From NCBI GenBank assembly GCA_008636045.1, contig SNRW01000001.1, positions 1-64,000 on the forward strand: a DNA stretch of 64,000 nt, given 5' to 3'. Every line of letters begins with the position of its first letter. The stretch's first letter is position 1. Source of the DNA: Streblomastix strix (Eukaryota). The notes below the pieces were generated by a model. That model had not been told where the DNA came from and did no database searches. It saw only the letters and a program-made list of their open reading frames with translations. The position numbers and the translations under genes are program-made. This document shows positions 14,929 through 28,400 of this stretch, in pieces.

Positions 14929-17806
14929 ATGGATTTTACTTGTCCACTATGCCACTTGAATTGCAATATTTCTTTCCGTTTCAAGGGTGGTACTGAATTT
15001 ATTACATGTCCAAAATGCAAACGCCCTGTATTTGCAGAGCTATTAACTCGTTCATCGGAATGCGCTCTTGAAACACTTACATTTGATGCCATCGAACTTG
15101 AAACACTTATACATGTTGGATCTTTGCCAGGTCGAGTATCTCATCATCTTCCTTCAATTTTCCCCTTTATTGAACTCGGATCTGTTGCCAGTACTGAGAT
15201 CATTCCATCTGTTTAAGTTCCATTTTATCAGTTTGCTTAATTATTTATTAATATGAAATAATTATTTTGTATTGTTGTTTAGAGTAATTCCTCCTGATCT
15301 ATATGACTTTACTAGATAATTGGAATAGTGTTTTTCAGATCTCTCAAATTCATATTTCATGTCTACACAAAATGATTATGCAAAATATTTATAGAAGAAT
15401 AAAGAGAATTAAAATTAATAGTAAAAGTCAATAAATGATAATTTTTCATCTCCAATTGACAATTCTTTATCAAATTTATGATCCAATGATATTATTTCTG
15501 ATTCTACATCAACAGCTGTTATTGATCATTCAAATATTTCGGATGATATACCATTTGATTATTCCACTGAAATGCTTGTTGCATTTTATGTTATAGATGA
15601 GATATGCTCTCGTGTTCCATTAGATAAGAAATTTATCCAGAAAACGATGGCACTTTTGGATCAAGTTTAAACAATTGAATCTGGTCTTGCGAAAGAAGCT
15701 TTGGAAACAAAAGAATTTCTTCAACAAACTGGAAGAATATCAACAAATAGTGTATAATTTTACCCTGAAATTTCGAGGTCTATTGAAGCAATGAATGTTG
15801 GAATATCTCCAGATTTTAATTAATAATAGAACATAAGTGGGTTTCCTGATGCTTAGAATGATACTTTTGATAATTAAAAATCTTCAAATAAAAAAACGTT
15901 TAATTAGAAAAAAAAGAAGAAAACCGGATCAAATAAAATGTTGAAAGACGAAGAAACTAAATAATTGGAAGTCAGAATATCAGCATAAAATGGGTTTCCT
16001 TATCGAAAGCTGTATCCTTATGGAAGTTTTTCTTCAAGTTACAATCTCATTAACAATTAATTTAGTAAAAGAAGCCCAGATTCTTTATAATCAATCACAC
16101 CACTAATAAGTACTTAACAATAAATATAAGTAGCTGGAATTACATCAGCTCCTTAAACGCCACAAAATAATACAAAATAGACTAATTATGCAATCAGTCC
16201 TGTATAAGATAACAATAATAATACAAAATAGACTTAAAATCCTTAATTATAAATTTAAGATTAATAAAATTCTTAGTCAGATTTAATCACCCCATTAATT
16301 CCTTCACCAACTTCAACATATATTTATTCTAATTCCCCATCTCCAGGAAGAATAAATAATTTATCAAATGTTATTCTTCAATAATCGTCATTTCACGTCA
16401 AATTATGTCCAGATGAATTTAATTCAAGATCATTATTCTCAATTAAAACTCCACCTCATTTGGCACCATTTCACTATTCTCATTCTCATAATAACACATC
16501 TAATATTAATGTTAATTCAATTCAAGTCAATTAATAAGAAATAAACGAGAAAGATAAAATAAATGATAAAATAATAGATGAAGATAAATTTAATTAGAAA
16601 ATATCTCCAGATGACGATATATTAAAAGTAGAAGAATCAATACATTTAAATCCAGATCCAATCAGATATTAATCTAAACCACCATCATTCATATTTAGCA
16701 AAGAACGCGCATTCCCTCCTGAAGTTGCAGCTGTTGGTTGTCTTCTTCTTATTCTTCGTGAAGAACCAATGCCCAAACCATTTAAATAAATTCTTGTTGC
16801 ATTAAAAGAATCTGGACTCGGAATTGTCATACCAACAGCAGCTGTAATTGCCGCTGAACACTACTTTGCTTCTTTCGTTAATGTTCGCACGTAAATATAA
16901 ACTTTTTATAAAGAATTGATTTTAGATTTTTCAAGAGCTTCTCGCTAACTTAAACTGAATGAAAGAGAAGCTGATGCATCTTGGATGGTTGCAATGGGAT
17001 ATTTAGCTGACAGAAATTTCAACAAACGTCAATTAGAATCAATTCTTGCTGGATCACTTCAACTTGGTACTTCATGGGCTGTTAAACGTTATGAATCACT
17101 AAAATATCTTTAAAAAGACCATTAAAAGCTTTTAAATAGTATAAAACAAGGTAAATGGATTCATGATGCATAAAAGTAGTCTTAATAATAATAATAATAA
17201 TAACCTATTACTAATTAAAATGAAAAATCTATACTCAAAGAAGCAATTGATAATTCTTCCTAATAAAGCAACAATAATAATTCAATATCTTTAGAATCAG
17301 CAATGAAAGTACTTGAAATAACTGGTTTTCCAGAGGAGTAAACAACGTCATGCTTCCCATTTAAAACTACAGTCCAACATACTAAATCTAAGGATACATT
17401 TTCTGACATTAGAGAAAACTTTTCTGAAAACAGTGGATTTCTTAGCACCTCAAAAATCAAAACTTTCAAACAGAAAGATATTGCAGATGCTGCTCGTACA
17501 AGTGAAGTAACGATGAGAAAGCTATTAGCAGCTACAGAAGGTGATAGAGATATAATTATGTTTGAGCTTGATGAGTGGTAAGAAGAAGAAGATTATTTTA
17601 TATCGAGGACTTATAGAGAATAGGAGATACAATTAGTAAGAGAGATACTTGCTTAGCATGAAAATGATTAGAATGATTCTGAAAATTAATTAAATGTAAA
17701 TGTTGAGAATGATTCAAATAAAGACCGTAGTGAGAAAGATTTTGAAGAAACTAAAAAAAAGTCACCAGAAAGACAAAGCGCAAAACGGAAGAAGAAGAAG
17801 AAATGA
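14929..17806 (+). CDS. Divergent TFIIB/BRF-family protein (Zn ribbon plus cyclin-fold repeats) with long Q/N/S-rich insertions
   Basis: N-terminal CPLC...CPKC; one intron ~15.22-15.28 kb; later EVAAVGCLLLILREEPMPKPFKQI, RQLESILAGSL and FKQKDIADAARTSEVTMRKLL (TFIIB C-terminal HTH-like motif); basic tail KRKKKKK-TGA. Confidence 0.6.
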
Positions 17807-18319
17807 TTTAATAATTTAAGGATTCCGGTTATATTAATATATTTTAACGATTAAAATATAAATATTTAATAATTATTTAATAAATTATTTTTGAATTTAA
17901 CACTAATAGCAATGGAAACATATCTAATTGCTTCAAGTTTTGATAAAGGGATTTATAATATTCCTAGTTTCGTACGATTCTTTTTGTAAAGTAAATGTAT
18001 TCACTAATTAAATGCCACCATCATTTCCTTTCATACTACTATTTGATAACGAAATTTACTTTTTTCATTTGCTTTATCAAATTTCCAAATTTTAAGCGAT
18101 ACAATCAATAAGCACATATAATTAATAGCTATTAATCATATACCAATCATTTTGCATAACTTTTTAAACATAATACTTCTATTCAAGTTGAGAACCATTA
18201 TTTTTCCGCTTGACATTTGCATTTCTCACGATAAATCATGCAGAGCCCATCCAAAGAGATTAATTTAATGATATATTATTATATTATTTTAGTTGTTGAA
18301 TAGAGTATTTTACTGAAGA

Positions 18320-20246
18320 ATGAGCACGGAAAAAGTAGATGAAAAGTAAGATGGAACTACAACAGAAAATGAGCTCCCATCATTTGAAAGCCTTAATATT
18401 CCTCCTCACATTGTTAGTGCCCTTTATGACATGAGATATGAGAATCCTTCTGAAATTTAGATAAAGGCACTCCCTAAGCTGATGGAAACTCCGTTTGATA
18501 TATATTATCACCCAAATATTATATTTTTTTTATTATAGACCAAGAAACTTTGTTGGATAAGCGCAAACTGGTTCAGGCAAAACGGCAACATTTTTGATTG
18601 CTGCTCTAAACTGTATTCAATAAGAACTCATGAAACCATAAGTCATTGTTGTTGCGCCTACCCGTGAATTAGTAACATAAATTACTGACGTTGCTGTCAA
18701 CCTTTCTAAATACATGAAGATTAAAGTTCGAAAACTTATATTACCACCTGATGACTTGGATGGTGTTCATTATCTTTTAATTCTAATTAAACATTATAAA
18801 TATATTATGCATTATAATATATTACAATTAATTCAGAAACCTACGATGACCATTTGATTGTTGGTCTACCAAATGTATTGAAATTATGTATTCAAAATGA
18901 TAATATCAACTTGCAAATGCTTAGAATGATTATACTTGATGAAGCAGATGAATTACTTGTGATAAGTAAGCCTTTATATTCCCATACAATCCCCTTTTTG
19001 AAGAAGATACCTAAGACTGCATAGCGAGTTCTATTTTCGGCGACAATAAGTACCATTAAGCCTGATACATTAAATTCCTATTTTCCAAATGCTGAGAAGG
19101 TATAAATGTATATTTTTGGTGTAAATTCACATATTTTTCATATTAAATATCTTGTAGGTTGAGCTCTCAGCAGATAAACTGTCTTTGGATGAAGTTGTTC
19201 AATTCTTTGTTCTATTAGCAACTGTGGATGAGAGAATGCAATTTTTGCGAGATCTTTACAATCAATTTGCAATAGGACAGCTAATTGTGTTTGTTTAGAC
19301 CACTGAGCGAGGGAATTAATTAGCCGATTTCCTAAGAGATGATAAACATCAGGTGTCTGTAGTTAGAGGTGGAGACATGACAGGCGCAGAGAGAGATACA
19401 GCTCTTGAATCATTCAGAAAGGGTGTCACTAGAGTTCTTGTCTCTACAAATGTGGTTGCTAGAGGGATTGATATATCACAAGTGAACATTGTAATCAACT
19501 TCGATGTTCCACGACAACCTGATCAGCTTCCAGATCATGATACATATCTGCATCGTATTGGTAGAGCTGGAAGATATGGACGTGTTGGAGTTGCATTGAC
19601 CTTTGTTGATGAGAATGAAACAGAACTAATTGAGTATTTCTCATGGTACTTCAAGAAGACTATATTCCCTCTTAACACATTTGATGAATTGAAGTAATGG
19701 TTACCTTCAATCGATGGGAAAGCACCAACAGATCCAACATAAGCATTACCAGTATCTGTACTACAAGCAGCAGCCGTTCTTAAAGCTCTTAAAGAACAAA
19801 AACTTGCCGCTTCAAAAGCAACAAATGATAAACTTCGTGCTGATGCTCCTTCATTTGTACCCACTAAATTCCAGAATATTTCTCCTTAACCTCAGAATGA
19901 GATCTTACCACAATCTTCCACATCACAACCTTATACTACATTCACTCCTCCTCCTCAAATAAATATTCCAAATATGCCTGATTTCTCATTAGAAGCAATT
20001 CAATCTATGCTTTAATAGCTTGGCCTTGACCCAAATATTCCTATGCAAGACAATGGATATTCTGAATATGGATAGAATAATCAAGTATCTTTAGAAGATT
20101 CAAACATTTTTGATTATGACGAATTTGTGGGAGAAGATGAGGATGATGATGATGACGAAGGGTATGAGGGAACTGGAACCGAACCAACTATGCGTGATCT
20201 CAACAAATTTCTCAGTCGACCTGAGTTCTAGAACTAGAAACAGTGA
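18320..20246 (+). CDS. DBP5: DEAD-box RNA helicase, Dbp5/DDX19 (mRNA export) subfamily
   Basis: Q-motif PSEIQIKALP, PRNFVGQAQTGSGKT, APTREL, ILDEAD, FSAT, VARGID, DHDTYLHRIGRAGRYGRVG; three GT-AG introns; TGA at 20244-20246. Confidence 0.85.
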
Positions 20247-20710
20247 TAAGGTTAATTACAGGGTTCAGTTTAATAAATTTTTCTTTGATTTTTATTTGGT
20301 ATTGATCAATTTTTTATCTTCGTAGCACATAATATGAATAATTCTAAAGAAAATTCAATTTATTAAATCATCCGTGGTTAAATAAGCGCGAAAAAAATAA
20401 TGCTCCAAATTTTCAATCATTTTCCTATTTAATAAATACGCCAATGAAAAAAACAACGTTTTAATATAATCACAGAACGATATTTACAATTATTTTTAAA
20501 CAGAAAATGTTCTAATACTAAAAGACATCGATTATTATTTTTTTAAACTTAAATTGCTTATAATTCGTTTCCTATAAAATATAACTTAATTTAATTATCC
20601 TAGAATCAAAAGTTTATATACAGTTAAATTGATATAACTATATTGATTAATATATCCATTTTTTTATTTAAATTCAGAATTGCCTTTGAAATTAATTCAA
20701 TAAATATTCA

Positions 20711-23105
20711 ATGGCACGCATAGAAATATTACGTCATGATACAATTTCGCATGGAGATGCCGTTGCAGCAGTAGAATTTGGCTTGAATTCTGATATTTAT
20801 ACATTCGGCGATGATCATGTGATAAATTAATTTGCTGCATAAGGCGATCTTCTTGGTCCGATTCGCCGTATCGACGACGCCTATGTGCTTGATTGTCATC
20901 GTGAGCCTAAAAAGTCCCATGCACATGTATCTGCAAAAACTTCAGCATCAGTAGATGATACACTTGCCCTTGCTTGTTCTGATGGTATACTTTAATAATT
21001 ATTTTTATGTTATTATTTTTATTGGTCATTTTACATAGGAACATTTCGATTTCTAACTCCAAAGAAGCTAATCCGTAAGGAGGCCCACGAAGGTGCTGTT
21101 CTCTGTGTGCGTTGGGCTTGGGATGGTTCTTAATTAGCAACTTCTGGAGAAGATGGTTATTTAAAGTTTGCTAAACAGATGATCACTAATATATATTTTT
21201 TTACTTTATATATTCTTTTAATAGAGTATGGAGTAAAACAGGTGAATCATCACAGTTAGCAAAGACAGAATAACCTATTTTCAGTGTAGCATGGGGTCCA
21301 ACAGATGATCAAATTGCTTATTGCACGTATGCTTTATTATATATGAATTTCCTAAATTTGTTATTTAATATCCATTTTTATATCACTCGCAAGTGCTAAT
21401 CGCATTGCAATCCGTGCACTTCACGTAGCACACAAGCAGCTTGTTTGGACTGCTCATGCACAGAATGGAGGAGTGATATTATCTTTGGATTGGTGTCCTG
21501 TTCACAACACAATTATTTCTGGTGGAGAAGACAGGACTTATAGATTATGGACTCCTGCAGGTTTAATTTTATTATTTATTGAATTTAAAATATTCAATTT
21601 TTATAAATAATATTTATTATTTATTATTTGTATATTTATATATGAATTATAAATATTTATTCTATTTACTATTTCAGGACGTTCTCTCTACACTTCAAGA
21701 TAATTCTAATATGCAATAACAGAGACAACTTGGTCTCCAAAAGGAGATGTATTTGCTGTGGGTATATTTTATTAAATTATGTTAATGAAGTTGTATTTAT
21801 TGCATATTTAAATATAATTTAGGATCACATAACTTAATAGTTTTATGCGATAGAAGTGGATGGGAAAAGCATCTTGTTCATGCAGATTCTGGTATGATTG
21901 AATACATATAGGGGAAAAAGAATATATTTAATTCGAATGTATTTGAAATCATTCAAATATTGTGTACATTTTGTAATTTTTATATAGGATCAATTCTTCG
22001 AATTAGATTTTCTCCAAATGGACTTCGATTAGCTGCTGCTGGATTTAAAGTTTAATATTTATAATAATTAATTTAGTGAAAAACAATTATTAAAGAACAG
22101 AAATATTTAATCTTTCCACGTGTTTATTTATTTTATCACAGGCAAGTGTAGTTGTTGCACAAATAGTTTCACGTCAAATAAAGTTTGCTATTATTAATTT
22201 TTATTTTTTATATTTATTTATTTATTAAACAAATCTCTCTTTTATAACATATATAGATGGAATAATTTCATAGCAACTGAAGATGGAATGGGAAAGATAA
22301 CCATACAGGACATAATGAATGATGTTTATAATATAATATATTAATTAATAATTTACATTTACTATTATACATGCATAATATTTATTTTATATATAGGCAA
22401 CTGATTTTGTTGATCTACGCCAGCACTAACGTGAACTCTCATCATAACAAGTGCCTTTACTTCAACATCTTGAAATGAATGAAAAGCATCTTGTGGCCAT
22501 AACACAAACATAAATTTCAACATTTGATATGCCTTACTTTAATTCTTCTCCTCCTCATGTCATACCAATTAATATATCTTAATATAATTCAAGTTCATCA
22601 TCATAATAATAATCTGGCACTTCTTCTTTCTCTTCATCTGCTCCTGTTGTATTGTGTATTTTGGCTGAAAAGCATTTCTTAGTTGTTGCTACTTCTGGTT
22701 TACTATCAATCATTTTGAAATTTTCATTTATATTATCTATTATATTATTTTTATTATTTAATTAAATAAGGTGCCAATGTTTCAGGACTTATTTTCTAAT
22801 ATGATGGCAAATCAATTTGTTCTGTTAATTTATCTGCCTATTTCTCAAATGTTAATGCAATATCTAAAAATGCAGTAGCTTTAAATAATTAATTTTTGGC
22901 TGTTGTTGAAGGAATTGAAGGAAGAGGTTCTAAATTAATAGAAATCGAGAAAATAATTTTGAACTATTTATATTTATTGATTATTTTTATTTTACTAATA
23001 GGTGTTCGTGTATTCTAAGTTTAGACTGGTCGTTAGTATGGAGAGCCTATCAAAGTGGAAGGAGGTATATTCATTATTATATAACTTCAAATATCTTCAT
23101 TATTT

Positions 23106-23140
<35 letters not shown>

Positions 23141-25289
23141 CAAATTAGGAATCTCAGAAATATCACTTTCATAAAATGGTCCTGAGTCACTTCTAGCAAT
23201 CGTTGATAAAACAAGAGCTTTAGAAGTCATTCACATCAGATAAAACGAAAGAGTTAATTTTGCATCAGTTGTTGACTCAGTGAAATGGCACGATAGCACT
23301 GATATGCTTGCTATTATCATGGAAGGTATTAGAATAAAGAATATGTGAATAAATTTAGAAAATTATAATGATTGATTTAAAAATGTTATTATTTATTTTT
23401 TTTATTATTATTATTAAAAATAATCTTAGGTGCTCTTTCAGTAATAATATATCCATTAGGTTTTTATAATAACTTTAGTCAAATTTGCATTTAATAGTTC
23501 AATCTCAATTTATTTTCGCTATTAATCATATTATTATTTTTTTAATAACACATTAATAGGTCCTTTCATTGACAAACAACCAGTTGACAAATTCAAAGTG
23601 ACATATGGAATTAATTTAACTCCTCTTCCACCTCCATCAATTAATACAGCTTTAGGAGATGTTAAAGGTTGATTTTGGTTGATATTTAAAGATAAGGGAA
23701 ATTATTGAATCAATCTTTTTATTTCTTATTTATTTTTACATGTATATTTAAGTTCCTTCAATTTCATCATCTTCATCTTCATCTTCTTCACCAGCTGGTC
23801 CTTCTTCATCTGCAATAGCCACAGGTGAGGGAGTGATTATTGAATCTTTCTTTGGTAGATAGGTTTATTATTAATAATAATAATAATAATATATTCTCAT
23901 ATTTCAATAATTTATTAAATTAATTTATTAATAAATATTTAAATAGGTTTGCTATAGACGTGCAGCTGATGGTGTTGCTAATTGGGTTGGAATCAGACCT
24001 TATGGATAATTATTAAATGAAATGGTATTTATTATGAATTAATACTCGTTATATTAAATTATTTTCTATCTTATTTATTGATAAAGGTGCGATTGAACAA
24101 ATGGGATGAAGCAAATCGGTATTTAATTATAAATCAATTTCAGATTTTTTAATAATTATATAAAATAATTTATTATATATAAATTGTTTATCACTGCTTT
24201 TATATCTTAGATTATGTCGCTATGTAGATGATAAAGCACTTTGGAGTTGTTTGGCTACAATGGCTGTAGAAGGCAAAGATCTAAATTCAGTAGAATAAGC
24301 ATATGCAGCACTAACTGATATGGATAAAGTGAGATTCTTTCTTCATGTTCAAGTATATATAATTTAATTTAAATGAAAGATTTTAATTTTATATTTATTA
24401 TTCCCTTTAAAAGAGCATTCCTTGGCCTGAAGCACGAAATGCAGAACTTGCTCTTTATAGGTATTCCATTATTTTACATGTATTATTCCATTCAATCATA
24501 TTTTATAGACATAAAGCTGATGAAGCCGAACGTATTCTTTTGACAGCTAATATGCGAAGACATGCTATAAAAATGAACGTGAGGTTGAATGATAATTGTT
24601 TATAATAAAAAATTTCACATCCCAATATATTTATTATTATTATTTGTTAATCTAGACTATTTCGATGGGAACATGCATTAGAAATTGCACTTAATAGCAC
24701 TCCTGGATCTCAAAAATCAAAGCAAAAGAAACAGAATGTAAGAAAACCAAAAGTCAAGAAAGAAGGAGATGAAGAAGATGATGATGAAGATAAGGAGGAT
24801 GAAGATGGAGATGGAGAAGTGGAAGGAGGAAATGATGGAGGACCTGGGTATGTTATTGTTTAGATCTAAATATATTAATATTCAACCAAAATTATTTTAA
24901 ATTTTCATCATAGTGTTGCATCTGGAGGAGTTAATCTTATTGAATATGCTGTTGGATTACGAAGACGTTTCTTAGAGATGAATAAAGTTTGCTATTTTTT
25001 AATGAGTATTTTTTTAATAATTTATTCATAAATTCTATTTTCTATAGGTTTAAGAATCAATTCCTGCATTTCAACGTTTTAAGGATCTTCCTGTCGATCT
25101 TTCTGAGATAAAGAGGAAATTAAAGGAAGAAAAAAAGAAAGAAACTGATGAATAATGTTTATTTTAATAGATTTTGCTTAGTATCCTCTATATTATTTAT
25201 TTATTTAATTTTCAGAAAAAGCTAAATAGGCTGCACGGAAGAAGAAAGTTGAAACAAAGGGTGGTGCAAAAACTGGAGGCGAAGATTGA
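20711..25289 (+). CDS. IFT80: Intraflagellar transport protein 80 (WD40 plus C-terminal helical domain), many short introns
   Basis: AHEGAVLCVRWAWDGSQLATSGEDG, ILSLDWCPVHNTIISGGED, LCDRSGW, and C-terminal RLCRYVDDKALWSCLATMAVEGKDLNSVEQAYAALTDMDKV, as in IFT80 orthologues; ends GGED-TGA. Confidence 0.9.
23110..23136. repeat. (TA)n microsatellite in an IFT80 intron
   Basis: About 13 TA units seen directly. Confidence 0.9.
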
Positions 25290-25488
25290 GCAAGTTTTAT
25301 TCTAATGCTCGTACCTATTGTTAAATATACAATTCAACATGCATGAACTTATTATTAATTTTATTTTATTGCAACAGGTAAAATTATAGATATTTAAATA
25401 TTCTTAACAAAATATAAATAAAGTGGCTAGTTACTGTGATATTGTACAACTGAAATGATAGTAATAAAACGATCCATCATTATTTTAT

Positions 25489-28400
25489 TCAATTATTATT
25501 ACTCAAAAATTCCTTCTGAAGTTTTGTAAGTGCTTTTGCCAATTTTCTATCCTTGTTTATGTAATGTTCTGAGAATAAACTTGCTATCACTTGCCTCAAT
25601 ACGACTCTGAGTACATCGAGGATAGTTTTACTCTCATTTTAAGCAGCTTTCTTGTCTCCAAATGGAATAAGCACCCAATTTTCTGCCTCTTTCATCTATT
25701 TTTCTATTTTATCCTACAAATATCTCAATCTATGATAAAGAATGGTATGCTCACGCTTGTGTTACAAAAATCCCATCTAGAATATAGACAGTTATATCAT
25801 CACGTGTTGGACTTCCTATGATGTAAATTTAGATTTAATTTTCTTTCCTTCATCTTTTGATTATGGAGACTAAGGCACATCTGTATTCCCACTGTTTTTC
25901 TTTTTTAAGCCCTTATTCTTCACAGGACGATATTTATTCAAAATATCGTTAATCATATTTTCAGATGAAATCTCTTCTTTGTTAAAACATTATTTAGCTC
26001 CAGAAACAAGAAGCTCTAACTCTTTTGTTATTGTTTTCATATTTTCCCCACGCTGAATGGACTCAAAAACACTTTAGGCTGTGTCCGCCAAATGCTATCT
26101 TCCTTCATCCAACCAATTTACTCCTGTTATCATAACATCTTGAAATTGTGCATTTGCTGATGTCCATATTGTTAAGTTGTTAAATACTTCTGTGCTCGTC
26201 TGCTTAGCAAAAGAAATTGGCAAAACTGCTTTAATTCCTCTACTATTTAATTCTAATTATCTCGTTTTTTCTTATTTTTTTTCAGCTTTCCTTTCATATT
26301 CTTATTCTTCCACTCTTCTTAATTATTCATCCTCTTGTTCATCACTTTACACTATAGACTCGTAGAGAAGATTTAGCTCAAGAGTCTAAACACTAATTCT
26401 TCTATATACTTTTAGATGAGCAATTGCACAGACAATGCATAAGATAACCTCGGCAAATAAAAATGAGAACGAGAGAATAAGAACAATATTTTATATATTT
26501 CTTATATTAGCATAGGCATCATTCATCAATTTGTATCCAAGAGCAAAACCTCCCACTGCTAAATCATAGTGGAGGACACTTTAGATAAATTTTTGCTCAG
26601 GTTATATATTAGAGTATTATCCTGTTGATGCTGGTGATGCGCTCTGTTTAAGCATTTATTACATAGCTCTTGTATCAAGATATAACTTAGAAAGAAGACG
26701 AATATTGTGAAGTAATCTTGATTCTATACCAGAAAACCCGAATAAAGATCCTTATTCTTTCCTGAACACTCGCTATGAAATTGGAAGGCTGCACATTTCA
26801 GTCATTTCTTATAACTCAAAATCAGAATTAATTCCACTAAGATCGTCTGCATTCCTTTTTTTCTATTTATTTTGTAATTTTGATGCACTTTATTAACTTT
26901 AAGTAAATTCTTATCCTAAGCAGTCCGTACGTTATAGTAAAGCATTGCTGAGCACCTTATGATTCATTCTTTTTGTCCCAATTCTATCAATGAATGAATC
27001 ATACGATAATTTAACTCTCTCTTTTTCATCAGTGATTTTATCATATTCATCTTCCTCTACTCCTTTAGAATCAAAATAACCTCTATTCCCAACAATACTC
27101 GCATATTAACCCAAACATCCCAACAGTTCCATCAATCTTGTACTGTTTGAAGACATATGATCGAGATTCTTGAAGCAAGTATTTGTACTCTAACTTATCT
27201 CCAAATTTTAAGGCGGCTCAATTTTCTTACTTGGTGCGATTAATCTGCCAGAAACAAACTTCACCATCATTAGGAGTGACTGATACATTCCAGACATTAA
27301 TATATTTGAATGGGTTTGTGTAAAACCAGGAGTTTAAACTAAAAACACAATTATCATAATTACGACCATCCCAACCATAATTATCAGATTAATAATAAGG
27401 ATTTCATATATAACATACTAAATTTACAATGGAATTGATTAATAAAGTTCTACTAGCCGAATAATATGAGAATCAAGTTACTGTTCCCATTGCGTATCAG
27501 AGTAACGCCTTTGTTCCACAGATGTTTTTTTCTATTTTGCCTTTTATTGTGAATTTTTAAGACGATTGGCATTTTTTCTTAATGATTTGAATAAAAGAGC
27601 GTTGCTGTCATCATTTTTCGAGTTATGAGTTTGATTGTTTTACTCTGATTATAATAAATAATTATCATTTGATCCAATATGACTAACATGTTTTCCATTT
27701 TATTCATATTAATTATCACCACTTGCACCAGCATGTAAAATAGGTTCATCAATTTAAATCTTATTTTATCCATTATAATTCCCAGTCACTTCTTCCCTTT
27801 CTTTTTCTCTCTCTTTTTCTTTAGCAGTTCCAAATCCTTTATAATCAACTTCCTCCCTCATTCTGTCATATTCTTCTTCTCTTTCTTATTCTCTTTCAAA
27901 TTCATCTGGTGCAACACCTAAATAAAAATAATATATAAATAAATTTATTTTATTATTAGTTTTATTATTCAAATTAATTATCAAACCAATGTTCATTATT
28001 GATATAATGCATTTGCGAAGTTCAGATCGTATGTCAGTGGAAGGTAACTCTGAAATTTGTTAAAATGCTTTAACCCTTTGTTTTGTTGTTGATTTTAAAA
28101 GGGTAGTCTCTGTAATTACAGCACCAACAGCAATAACTACAACTAAGAATGCCATCACTATTGGATATATATATTTAACTAATATACTCCAATATTCACA
28201 ATTTGCGTTAAGATCTACTAATGCACGTTTTGTTCCCTCAAACATTGGTTGAAGTGGATTGACAAGCAAAAATAAAAGAGCTTCATAAAAGGAAGAAGAA
28301 GAAAGTGGTGGCTCAACATTATGATGTGAAGAAGAATAATTCTGATTTTAATTATTATAAATAATATTTTCTTAATCTTATGTTCTATTTCTTATTTATT

